NCBI GenBank assembly: GCA_045863335.1
Contig: BTVY01000005.1
Span: forward strand, 100,718 to 164,717
Direction of reading: 5' to 3'
DNA from: Candidatus Hydrogenedentota bacterium
Lineage (GTDB): Bacteria > Hydrogenedentota > Hydrogenedentia > Hydrogenedentales > SLHB01
Length of the DNA: 64,000 nucleotides
Part shown: positions 51,727 to 60,839 of the stretch, one piece after another
Numbering within the stretch: the stretch's first letter is position 1
How the letters are laid out: every line of letters begins with the position of its first letter
Position numbers and translations under genes: made by a program
Notes under the pieces: model-generated
The model's database searches: none
What the model saw: only the letters and a program-made list of their open reading frames with translations
What the model was told of the DNA's origin: nothing

Positions 51727-54700
51727 CTAATCGCCGCCGATGAGAATCGTGTTTACGATAACCTGTACGTCCGATACGTCAGTACTGCCGTCGCTGTTTA
51801 CATCGCCGTCGATTGCCTCGGGCTGCATCCCCAAGATTTTCCCTACCACAACTTGCAGGTCGGCACTGTTCACTTTGCCGTCCTTGTTGGCGTCGGTCTT
51901 CAAATCCGGCAGGATCGTGACGTGCTCCGTTTGCACGGGCGTGCCGCGAAGGTAGATGGGAGTGCCGTAATAGTCAAAGCCGGCCCGGACCGTGGTGGGC
52001 ATGACGACGCAATGCCAAGTTTCGCCAACCTGTGTCGCGCCGGGTGGCACCATCGATACGTTGTTAAAGGCTGGGATCAGGGCTCCATTCTTGAACCACA
52101 TAATCGCGGTGGGCCCTTCGGGCAGCGACGGATGGGAGTAACTGTAGCTCAAGATGAGCGAATCGGCGTCGCGCGGCTCTGCGGGAGTAAGCAGGACGTT
52201 GCTCGCCACCGGCGCCGCGGAAGACTCCGACAACCAGATGCTGACCAGTTGGCACGCGTCCACACCGCCGGCCGTAGCACAAACGATGAAGCTGTAGATG
52301 TTGTCCGAAAATCCAGTCGAATCCCAGGAGAACTCGCCCGTCGCCGGGTTTATAGTGGCCCCGGCGGGTGCGCCCTCCAACGAATACGTCGGCGCGCCAA
52401 TGTTCGAAAGCGCTTGTGCCGTAAACTCCACCGTACTTCCCGTAGTGGCGAATACGATTGGTATGGGCAGCAACTCGAGATCGACAGGACCCGACAGACT
52501 GGTAAAGTCGGTCTGGAGTACGCTTGCGGGCAGGTTGTTGCCGATTACGTCGGCGGGATCGAGGGGAACTCCGTTGCCGTCCGACAACCCGACTACTGCC
52601 CGTTTTGCGTTGAGGCCGAGGTAGGTACAGCGGATGGTGCCGTTGTAGAAGAGTTCGACCTGCACCGTGTTCGCGACGGAAGCGCCGGGAATGGCCACAT
52701 CCGAAAAGGCTGGTACATCTTCGAACGTTACGACCATCCGATCGGAAAGGAAACGGCCCCAGACTAACCCGCCGCTGCCGGGATCGAGGTCGCTGAAGAG
52801 GAACGAGATTCGGCGTTTGCCAAAGTGGTTCTCCAAGGTCGGCGTCGAATCCATGGGATCCGCGTACGTCCCCGGTGCGATAGGCGATATAAACCCGTTT
52901 GCGGAAAGATACAAGGTGTTATAGAACCCCCCGAAGAACGGGAATGGCACGTCGGGAGCGAACGCGATATAGGACTCGTCCGCCAGCGGTAACTTGATAA
53001 TGTCTTCTTTCGGCACGGGCAGGGTGCCGTCGAAATCCGGGGCAACCTTCGCGCCCGATCCATCGCTTACGGTAGGCGTGTAGTTGGAATGGTTGACGTA
53101 GTATTCCGGGAATCCCGAATCGGCGGCGTCGCTGTAGTTGACTGCGGGAACGAAGGTTATCTGATGGCTTGCCAAGTCGACACCGTTCGAGAAGGCCTCA
53201 CTCGAGTAATCCACATCCTGTCCCACCACGACGCGGGCGATGAGGGGCAGGTTCGCGCCGAAGGAATTGGCGCGCGGATAGAGGCCGTAGTACAGGACCG
53301 TTCCCGCCGCGTGAGGTCCGTCCACGTAGCTCTCTTCACCACCCGTCAAGCTGGCGACGGGTGTGCCGTCGTTTGGAACTATCGGATTGGGGAACCGGTC
53401 CGTGCGGCGGACGATGTCCACCCCGGTAAACGGCGTGAAGCCTTCGGGGTTTTGCCAGGTGAGGGCGACGCTGGTCGAACCGCTCATGCCGGTCGCGCGG
53501 AAGTGGCGAAGGAAGGGGCCCTCTTCCGTGATGATTTCAGTTGCGTACAAAGCGCCCTGGATGTTGTCAATCTCGCCTTGCGTGAAACCGAGGTTGGACG
53601 CTGCCTGGAGCAACATGTCTCCCAAAGTCGGGTAGTCGCTGGCAGGGGTCAGCAGGTTCGTCTGGCACTCATAGAACAGATCCGCGACCTTCGAAATCCC
53701 CATCCCAGCGACGAGGAATCCGTTGAAAGTATCGCCGTCGGTTAGGAGGTAACACAGCTTGTTTCCCACGCCGGAATTCGTATGCACGCCTGCGTTATCG
53801 TCGGTGCCGAAGAACCAGTTCGGGCCCAAATACCTGTCAGGTTGGCCTCTTACTGGTGGGTCCTTCATGTAGCGCAGATTTTGCAAGAAGCCGGATAAGT
53901 CTTCCCCCATCCACCAGCGGACTTCAGGCGTGTCTGTACCTTTGCCGTTCGTAAGGTCGATAAACTCGCCCCAAACGTCAGAGAGCGACTCGTTTAGCGC
54001 GCCAGACTCACCAAAATAAATAAGATCCGATTCAAAATCCGTCACGCCGTGTGTAAGCTCGTGCCCCACCACGTCGTCGGCAACAACGCCTTCGCCGAAG
54101 ACCATCCTGTTGAAGCCGCCTCCGATCCAGGCCGCATTCTGCATGGGACAATCAAAAACGTTCTCACACACCCGTACGACACCCTTAAGGATAATCCCGG
54201 CATCGTCCAAGCTGTCGCGGCCGTGTTCGTTGAGGTAGAAGTCGTACGTGTCCTTGAAGTAGTCGTACACTATATCAGCGTCGGCGAGCCCGCTGGGTGG
54301 GTCCCCTTCTTGTCTAACAAGCACTCCGAAGAAATCCCCGACCACGTTATTCGCGTCGAATATCTGACGATTGAGCGCGTTATGGATCAGGGAGTATCTC
54401 AACACCAAGCCCCCACCGTGAGCATCGATCAGCACGCGCTCCACCACTAGCATTCCTGAAGCGCCGCCAAACTGGGAATTCACGATAAGATTCCATACCA
54501 GCTTCGTCGTGCCCACGTCGCCAATTACGCTGGGTTCGTAAATCTCCAGCGTTGGTTCCGTTGCGCTGAAGGTGAGGTCAGGATAGTCGGGTTGTATGTA
54601 CGCGATGGCTGCCGCTTTGGCTTCAGCCGGGGCGATGGAAGGGACCAGGTTCAGATTTCCGGAATACAGTTGATTGGAATGGCGGAGAATATCGCTGAAC

Positions 54701-55149
54701 ACGCATTCCACGTTTCCATCGGCATTCAATTGAACGACCATGCCGCTGCCAAATACGGCCAACCCGTCAAAGGTCTGTTCGAGATGTACATAGGTTCGGC
54801 CGTTGCTGGCGCTGATCCGCCTTGTCCCAAAGCTCAACTTGTCGTTGGGCACGGCAAAGGCGCCGGCATGGTCCAAGACGAACGAACGCGCGGCGGCGTC
54901 GACCGTCGCAGCGCTTTTGGCTGCGGCGCCTGTCTCGAAGGCATTGCCTTGGGGCGCACCCAGGTAGGTGAGGAACCCGCCGGACGTGGTCGTCTGGCGT
55001 GGCGCATCAACGGTGTTGGGGCCTTCAATCGATCCGAGGAGTTCTCGAACGGCCCGCGGATCGGCGTTCTGGCCCGCTGCGGCCAGGGCGATGCAGCACG
55101 TCGCGAGAGTGATAGTCAGACACGCCCGAGTAACCCCCATCTTACGCAT
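51727..55149 (-). CDS. Secreted thermolysin-family (M4) metalloprotease with FTP/PepSY prodomain, Ig-like domains and a C-terminal dockerin-like module
   Basis: NAAW, DVVGHELTHGV, GALNESLSD, GVHTNSG, APAGATINPATGEFSW, and DANKDGKVNSADL / GDVNSDGSTDVSDV. Confidence 0.93.
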   Translation of the reverse strand: MRKMGVTRACLTITLATCCIALAAAGQNADPRAVRELLGSIEGPNTVDAPRQTTTSGGFLTYLGAPQGNAFETGAAAKSAATVDAAARSFVLDHAGAFAVPNDKLSFGTRRISASNGRTYVHLEQTFDGLAVFGSGMVVQLNADGNVECVFSDILRHSNQLYSGNLNLVPSIAPAEAKAAAIAYIQPDYPDLTFSATEPTLEIYEPSVIGDVGTTKLVWNLIVNSQFGGASGMLVVERVLIDAHGGGLVLRYSLIHNALNRQIFDANNVVGDFFGVLVRQEGDPPSGLADADIVYDYFKDTYDFYLNEHGRDSLDDAGIILKGVVRVCENVFDCPMQNAAWIGGGFNRMVFGEGVVADDVVGHELTHGVTDFESDLIYFGESGALNESLSDVWGEFIDLTNGKGTDTPEVRWWMGEDLSGFLQNLRYMKDPPVRGQPDRYLGPNWFFGTDDNAGVHTNSGVGNKLCYLLTDGDTFNGFLVAGMGISKVADLFYECQTNLLTPASDYPTLGDMLLQAASNLGFTQGEIDNIQGALYATEIITEEGPFLRHFRATGMSGSTSVALTWQNPEGFTPFTGVDIVRRTDRFPNPIVPNDGTPVASLTGGEESYVDGPHAAGTVLYYGLYPRANSFGANLPLIARVVVGQDVDYSSEAFSNGVDLASHQITFVPAVNYSDAADSGFPEYYVNHSNYTPTVSDGSGAKVAPDFDGTLPVPKEDIIKLPLADESYIAFAPDVPFPFFGGFYNTLYLSANGFISPIAPGTYADPMDSTPTLENHFGKRRISFLFSDLDPGSGGLVWGRFLSDRMVVTFEDVPAFSDVAIPGASVANTVQVELFYNGTIRCTYLGLNAKRAVVGLSDGNGVPLDPADVIGNNLPASVLQTDFTSLSGPVDLELLPIPIVFATTGSTVEFTAQALSNIGAPTYSLEGAPAGATINPATGEFSWDSTGFSDNIYSFIVCATAGGVDACQLVSIWLSESSAAPVASNVLLTPAEPRDADSLILSYSYSHPSLPEGPTAIMWFKNGALIPAFNNVSMVPPGATQVGETWHCVVMPTTVRAGFDYYGTPIYLRGTPVQTEHVTILPDLKTDANKDGKVNSADLQVVVGKILGMQPEAIDGDVNSDGSTDVSDVQVIVNTILIGGD

Positions 55150-55355
55150 TGTTCATTCACTCCATAATCGTTGCCGTTTTCACCCGCATGGAGCGGGAGA
55201 AAGCGATCAAGATGCCCGCGGGAACTTGCTGCCCGCGGACTCAACACGTTATCTCGTGGAACGCTCGTCGTTTGTTGCGAAAAGTGTATGTTAGATTTGG
55301 AACGAAACACGCGTGCGTACTGCCAACCCCAACATGCGTCGTTATTTCATTCCCC

Positions 55356-55385
55356 ACAATACTATTGGGCGCTTCAAGGTGTCAA
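55356..55385 (-). promoter_or_regulatory. Putative sigma70 promoter of the M4 protease
   Basis: Minus strand TTGACA followed by TAGTATTGT in an AT-richer intergenic region. Confidence 0.4.
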
Positions 55386-55452
55386 GCAAATGTTCGGAAC
55401 GACGCGGCCGAGTCTAGGACACAAAACCTAGAAAGATGCGAAATTTGACGAA

Positions 55453-56973
55453 CTATTTGCGCCTAGGCGCCACGACCCGCGCTAGTTCGCGAAGCCGGGT
55501 GCATCCGGTCAACTCAAGTGCCAGCGTCGATCCCGCCAGGAGCACGGCACCCGCGCCGGCAGCGGACAGAATCCCACCCTCCGTAAAGACGCTGGTGGAC
55601 CGGAAAAGGTGACAGATATACCAACAAATACACGCCAGGGCGGAGGCGGCGCCGATGGTTTTCCAGGGCATGATTACGGGCAGCTCGGCGCGAATCGCGC
55701 GGAATCCGAGGATGGTCGCCGCGAGATATCCGATGAAGCTCGCGAGGGCGGCGCCCTGAATGCCGAGGAAATAGATAAGGGGCGGGTCGAGCACCAGGTC
55801 CAGCGCGAGCGCGGCGATGACGACGATGGCAGCGGCGCGCGCCCGGCCAATCCCGGCGAGGATATGGAGGTTCAGGTAGGCGAGGAAGTAGAAGACGCCG
55901 GCGATGGCGAGGATGTTGAACGCTTCCGGAGCGTTCATGATCTCCTTGCCGAACAGGAACCGCATGAGCACGTCGGAAAAGGCGGCCATGAGAACGCCGC
56001 CGACAATGACCGTGGCGCAGGCCGCCTCATACATGCGCGAGATGCCATCGGCCAAGAGTTCGCGCTCGTCGCGCACCCACAAGGTGCGGGCCATGGGCAA
56101 GAAGCTCAAGCCGGCGGCGGTCAACAGGCTGTAAATGATCATGGCCGTGGGAAGGGCAATCTGAAATGCGGCCACCTCGAGCAAATCCCCGCGCACGATG
56201 GTGATCATGACCGTGTCGAGTGAAGAAAAGACGGCAATGCCCCCGAAGGCCAGCGAAAGGTACTTGCCGCCGCTGAATGCGCGCTTGACGAGTTCGGGCC
56301 GCCAGTGGAACTTGGCTCGAAGCACTCCGGGAAAGGAAATGGCGAAGCCCAGCGCCTGCACGGCTATTGCGCCGCCGGCGGCGAACAGGTAGGCAAGCGC
56401 GGCTCCGCGGACGCCGGACATGAGGGATGCCTCGCGGTCGATGGCCTTTCCGGCGAGAAGCAACGCGGCGGACACGCAGACCACGGCGCGGACAATGTCC
56501 GCGACGTTTCGCCACACCAGGGCTTGCATGCCGAGAAAAAACTGTTGTCCGACTTTGAAGACGACGACGCCGGCCGCGTGAAGGGCGAAGATAAGGACGA
56601 GGATGCCGAGTTCGGGGTGAGCCGGGAAATAGTGCTGAAGTCCGGGTATCGCCGCGAGCGCAAGCAATCCGCAACACGCCGCGAAGGCCAATTGGACGAG
56701 CATGGATCCAACCGCAACATTCTTAATGCCAGATGGGTCGTTTTCTTCGCGGAACTGGGTGATGTGGGGAACCAGGCCGGGGTCGAATCCAAAACTCACG
56801 ATAGGTTGCACCATCATGGCAAAGGCGTAGACGGAGTAATACAGACCGTACTCCTCGGGCGTCAGGCGATTGTCGTAGAGGACGATGCGGAGGATGTAGA
56901 AGAGGGCGCCGGTAATGACCGTGCTGGCGACGGTGACGGCGGTATGCCATGCGTACTGCCTGCCGTATCCCAT
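55453..56973 (-). CDS. Wzx/MOP-family oligosaccharide flippase
   Basis: LTPEEYGLY, about 12-14 TMs, D..MI, LI..LGIQGAALAS. Confidence 0.88.
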   Translation of the reverse strand: MGYGRQYAWHTAVTVASTVITGALFYILRIVLYDNRLTPEEYGLYYSVYAFAMMVQPIVSFGFDPGLVPHITQFREENDPSGIKNVAVGSMLVQLAFAACCGLLALAAIPGLQHYFPAHPELGILVLIFALHAAGVVVFKVGQQFFLGMQALVWRNVADIVRAVVCVSAALLLAGKAIDREASLMSGVRGAALAYLFAAGGAIAVQALGFAISFPGVLRAKFHWRPELVKRAFSGGKYLSLAFGGIAVFSSLDTVMITIVRGDLLEVAAFQIALPTAMIIYSLLTAAGLSFLPMARTLWVRDERELLADGISRMYEAACATVIVGGVLMAAFSDVLMRFLFGKEIMNAPEAFNILAIAGVFYFLAYLNLHILAGIGRARAAAIVVIAALALDLVLDPPLIYFLGIQGAALASFIGYLAATILGFRAIRAELPVIMPWKTIGAASALACICWYICHLFRSTSVFTEGGILSAAGAGAVLLAGSTLALELTGCTRLRELARVVAPRRK

Positions 56974-56976
56974 GGA

Positions 56977-58137
56977 TCAACGACGCTCCCGCGCGCAACC
57001 GACCGCGTTCTCGAAGGCGTCTGCCGCGGTTGATAGGGAGAATGGCTCCATGGACAGGCGGGCCCTCGCAGACATGGCTTCCCGATCGGTCCCGGGCGCG
57101 AAGTGGCGTTCGTACGCGTGGCACAGGGCATGGGGGTCGCGTGGGGGCACGATGTAACCGTTCACTCCTTCCTGGATCAGGTCCGGGGCGGCGCCGCAAA
57201 TGCTCGTCGCCACGACGGGGAGGCCGCAGGCCAGCGCTTCGTTAATCACCAACCCCCAGATTTCGCTGCGCGAGGGCAGCACCAGCAGGTCACCGAAGGC
57301 ATAGTATCGCGGCATGTCGTCGCGCGGTGCAAATCCCGCGAAGACAACGCGTCCGGACAGGTCACGTTCGCGAACCCACGCGCGATAGCGGGCTTCGTCG
57401 CGACCGCTGCCGACCAGGAGGAGCGTAACATCGGGATCGATCTGAGAGTAGAGCGCGAACGACTCCAGCAGTTCGTTGACGCCTTTCAAGTCGAGGAGAT
57501 TTCCGCAGTAGAGGATTACGCGGGAGGTGCGGATCTCAAGTTGCTCGCGAAAGGCGTCACGATCCGTAGCCGCGATGCGGATTCGTTCGGCAAAGGCTTC
57601 CGTATCGACCGCGTTGTACGTAAGAAAGGTTTGTTCGCCCTTCGCGCCGAGGCTCACGAGATAGTCTTTCGCACGGCTACCGTATGCCAGCCACGCGTCC
57701 GCGCGCTGGACGAGTCCGCGCACGGCAGGTTTGGTGAACCGGCGCAAGCGGGTGTCCTCCGCTGCGGTGCTGCCGCTCCATAAGACGAAAGGGGTCCTGG
57801 TCACCTTGGCGTGGTAGGAGGCGTAGAACGTGGCCGGCGTATCCCACGCGCAACAGATGATGACGTTGTGCCGATGCCGCGCGAGCGCAACGGGCAACGT
57901 GTAATTGAGGAGGATGACGTTGTAGGCGCTGCCGAGGGGAATCGTGATGTGCGGCAGAACGCGATATCGAAATGCCGCATCGCGTACCTCCGCCGGCCAC
58001 GCGCGCACAGACCGGATATCGCCGAGGATCCAGACGTCGAGATCGAAGCGTGTCGCCAGTTCGGCGAACAGGGGGATGCGATAGGGCGACAGGAAGTTGT
58101 GCAGCAGGAGTACGCGAGGCTTAGGGGTGATCGTCAT
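56977..58137 (-). CDS. GT4 glycosyltransferase
   Basis: SPYRIPLF, NAVD, KGV..LL, LPSRSEIWGLVINEALACGLPVV. True start ATG 58137; the track's extension is repeat-derived. Confidence 0.93.
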   Translation of the reverse strand: MTITPKPRVLLLHNFLSPYRIPLFAELATRFDLDVWILGDIRSVRAWPAEVRDAAFRYRVLPHITIPLGSAYNVILLNYTLPVALARHRHNVIICCAWDTPATFYASYHAKVTRTPFVLWSGSTAAEDTRLRRFTKPAVRGLVQRADAWLAYGSRAKDYLVSLGAKGEQTFLTYNAVDTEAFAERIRIAATDRDAFREQLEIRTSRVILYCGNLLDLKGVNELLESFALYSQIDPDVTLLLVGSGRDEARYRAWVRERDLSGRVVFAGFAPRDDMPRYYAFGDLLVLPSRSEIWGLVINEALACGLPVVATSICGAAPDLIQEGVNGYIVPPRDPHALCHAYERHFAPGTDREAMSARARLSMEPFSLSTAADAFENAVGCARERR

Positions 58138-58200
58138 GGTGGGGAGTAGTATGCCGCGTTGGGCGGGGCGGAAGCTATCGGGGAAGAAAGGCCGGGAAAC

Positions 58201-58393
58201 ACGGACCGGCACGGACCGGCACGGACCGGCACGGACCGACACGGACCAACACGGACCAACACGGACCAACACGGACCAACACGGACTAACACGGACCAAC
58301 ACGGACCAACACGGACCGGCACAGACCGGCACAGACCGGCGCAGATTCTCCCTCTCCGTTTTCCGGGTCCGTGTCTGTCCGTGTCTGTCCGTG
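58201..58393. repeat. 14 x 10-bp tandem array (ACGGACCRRC) followed by 3 inverted GTCCGTG units
   Basis: 58201-58340 acggaccggc/acggaccaac units; 58367-58393 gtccgtgtct gtccgtgtct gtccgtg. Confidence 0.95.
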
Positions 58394-58464
58394 CGTCTGC
58401 ACTTGCTTCGTTCTGTCCGGCGCGGTAGCCTCATGGCTGACCAACTGCGGAGAGAGATTCGATC

Positions 58465-58629
58465 ATGATGGACGCCATCGAACGGGCGCGCGCGGAACGA
58501 CGCCTGACGGTGAAGCTGTTTGCCGTCTTGCTGGTCGTCGTTGCGGCGATTTATGGGTTGCTGGTGCGCTCTGCACCGCCGTTACCAACAGCTTCCAACA
58601 GTCACACCAACACCGGGGCGCCGGAATGA
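58465..58629 (+). CDS. Small single-TM protein (54 aa), below the ORF-track cutoff
   Basis: MMDAIERARAERRLTVKLFAVLLVVVAAIYGLLVRSAPPLPTASNSHTNTGAPE*; GGAGA RBS; ATGA overlap with the next gene. Confidence 0.6.
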   Translation: MMDAIERARAERRLTVKLFAVLLVVVAAIYGLLVRSAPPLPTASNSHTNTGAPE

Positions 58630-60482
58630 TGTACCCCGCTTACGGCATCGCTCAGGCGCTGATCTTGATGCTGGCATTCGCCTGGCCTTTTGACGCGATG
58701 CTTTACCTTCCCTTGTTGAATGTTCCGTTGCTTCCGCTCGCGGGTGGAATCGTGGTAGTGCTTGCTGTCATCGACGGGGTTCGCCATCGGGAACGGCGAC
58801 CGCCGTTTGAGTTGATCTGGCCGGTTGTCTTGTCGGTCCTGCTGATTTGGTTTGCGCCGGTGGTCTCCAACCGGATTCAGTTCACCATAGGGTTTGTCTT
58901 GTTTCTCGCGGTCGCTCAATTCTCGCACGATCCACTTTTCGTGCGAAACTGCCTGCGCGCGACCGGGTTTTCCGGCGCGGTACTCGCGGCGATGGCCGGG
59001 TCGAACTTCGTCATCGAACTTCTTCGGTCCACGTCGGATCAGTTTGTGGACGCGCAGTCTCCCGGTATTCAAACCGCGCCCATGCTGACTTCGCCGGAAG
59101 CGTACTGGCAGGGTTTATTCACCGTCGCCGTCTGCTTTCTCGCCCTGTGCGAAGGATGGTTGCGGACACCCCGGCTCCGCAGCGTGTTACCGGCGTTGGC
59201 CATTGGCGTGTCCGGATTCGCCGCGTTGAGTTTGCTTTCGGGACTTGCATTGGGGCTTCCCGAAGCGCCAACGCCAGGAATTGCACACGGGGCCTTGATG
59301 ATTCTCTTGCTATGGCTGGGTGCCCGGCTGAGCGCAGCGCTCGTCATTTACCGCCGCGAACATGGCGTCCTCACCCGTATTGCGCCGGTTCTGACGGCGC
59401 TAGTTCTCGTTGGACTCGCCATACTTTTGCCGCACGCGGCTTTTCCGGGCGCGCTTATCCTGTGCGGTTTGCTCGCGGCGAATACCAGGGCCGCATGCGC
59501 GCCCGAACAACGAACGTTGCCTGCTGTACTCTGCGCGTTGCCGGTCGCCGCATTGTTGATCCTCAACGCCGCTCACGTTTACCCAGGCAATCGCGACGAC
59601 CCGCGGAACTTTGAAGCGTATCTCCGCGAGGACGTTCGCGAAGGCCGGCTGGATCGCGCATGGCACCGCGCAGGACGGATCCGGTACTGGCATCCTGACG
59701 AACCGCGCGCGTGCCTCTGGAGCGCGCGCCTTGCGTTGGCCTTTGACCGGCCTTATCAAGCGGCGCACGAATTCGCGAGCGCCGTGGAACTGGGTGAGAG
59801 CGTTGACTCGATCCTGCCTCCGCCAACGGAAGAAGAGATCGACGATTTCCTGGTGCGTCTGCGCGACTACTGTTCCGTCCGTCCCGATCCTGACAGCGAG
59901 TACGCCTACGAGAAAGCTCTGCTGGCGGCGAACGAGGAAGCATCGGCACTGACACTGCTCAAACAAAAGGCGCAGCGTCTGCCTTTGGACGCCGCGCCCG
60001 TCGATCGGGAATTGCTCGCGGCCGTTGCCGGTTTCGCGCTGGAGTATCCCGGCGCTGACCTGGAAGTCAGCGGCCTCGCTGACGCGGAACTTTGGTCGCT
60101 CCTGCGCGCGTGGGATGTGGAGGTGAAGGAAGGCGCGCTGCCAGGGCTTCCACAGCCGGAGGCGGTTGCCATACTGTTTGGAGTCAATTCGATGTTCGCG
60201 AGCCTGCACGGTGCTGGAGATTCGCATGACGACACGGCGTTCTATTTGACGACGATCGAAGGCTCAAGGGCTGACCCGAGCGAAGCCCCGCCCAATTCGC
60301 GATGGATGGTCGAAACCGGCACGGGCGACGTGCCGCAAGTGAGGCTTGTCCGCACGGCCGTTGCAGGGGAGACCGCGGCTTTTCACGTCATTGACGAGAG
60401 TGAGAACTTCGAGGCTGCCATATCGGAAGACCTCATTCCGTCCTTTCCCGACAAGCCTGCGCTCCTGGTCCTGTTGCCTTGA
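58626..60482 (+). CDS. Polytopic membrane protein with a C-terminal TPR-like soluble region (possibly a degenerate O-antigen ligase/polymerase)
   Basis: About 11 hydrophobic segments then a helical domain; divergent from the GT4/Wzx operon. Confidence 0.6.
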   Translation: MMYPAYGIAQALILMLAFAWPFDAMLYLPLLNVPLLPLAGGIVVVLAVIDGVRHRERRPPFELIWPVVLSVLLIWFAPVVSNRIQFTIGFVLFLAVAQFSHDPLFVRNCLRATGFSGAVLAAMAGSNFVIELLRSTSDQFVDAQSPGIQTAPMLTSPEAYWQGLFTVAVCFLALCEGWLRTPRLRSVLPALAIGVSGFAALSLLSGLALGLPEAPTPGIAHGALMILLLWLGARLSAALVIYRREHGVLTRIAPVLTALVLVGLAILLPHAAFPGALILCGLLAANTRAACAPEQRTLPAVLCALPVAALLILNAAHVYPGNRDDPRNFEAYLREDVREGRLDRAWHRAGRIRYWHPDEPRACLWSARLALAFDRPYQAAHEFASAVELGESVDSILPPPTEEEIDDFLVRLRDYCSVRPDPDSEYAYEKALLAANEEASALTLLKQKAQRLPLDAAPVDRELLAAVAGFALEYPGADLEVSGLADAELWSLLRAWDVEVKEGALPGLPQPEAVAILFGVNSMFASLHGAGDSHDDTAFYLTTIEGSRADPSEAPPNSRWMVETGTGDVPQVRLVRTAVAGETAAFHVIDESENFEAAISEDLIPSFPDKPALLVLLP

Positions 60483-60509
60483 GACCGCGGTAGCCCGTGG
60501 CACAAGACC

Positions 60510-60595
60510 GTAGCGCCCGGCTTCCATGCCGGGCGAGATGCAACGCCGCAAATTGTCAGGGAAAACCACGCCCGCCATGGAAGGCGGGACGCTAC
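60510..60595. repeat. GTAG-type REP doublet
   Basis: gtagcgcccggcttccatgccgggcg ... cgcccgccatggaaggcgggacgctac. Confidence 0.75.
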
Positions 60596-60628
60596 AAACT
60601 GCCGCACGCGGGCTCTTGCCGCGGGTGG

Positions 60629-60820
60629 CTACGGTTCGATATCTCGTACGCAGCGGAAATAATTCAGAATCAGCATCACGTCGCCCTGCGGGCCGCGGCC
60701 TACGGGAACCATGGCGAGATCGCCGACTTTGAGATCGCATCGTTGCGCGCCTGCGCCGTGCACGTCGAGATACTGGTGGTTGCCGGACAAGGGCGGCGGC
60801 CTCATGAACCCTCAGCGCGT
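60629..60820 (-). pseudogene. C-terminal relic of a DUF1566 (Lcl C-terminal) protein
   Basis: Manual translation from 60805: MRPPPLSGNHQYLDVHGAGAQRCDLKVGD...GRGPQGDVMLILNYFRCVRDIEP*. Just upstream, gcg ctg a ggg ttc atg reads ALGFM with a 1-nt insertion. Confidence 0.6.
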
Positions 60821-60839
60821 GTGATTGCGCGTATCCCTA

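Noticed and set aside
58201-58340. Possible CRISPR array
   Set aside because: Contiguous 10-bp units with no unique spacers, and no cas genes.
58138-58625. Repeat-encoded N-terminal extensions of GT4 (to 58434) and of the membrane protein (from 58371)
   Set aside because: Stop-free translations of the tandem array; the family-like sequences begin at 58137 and 58626.
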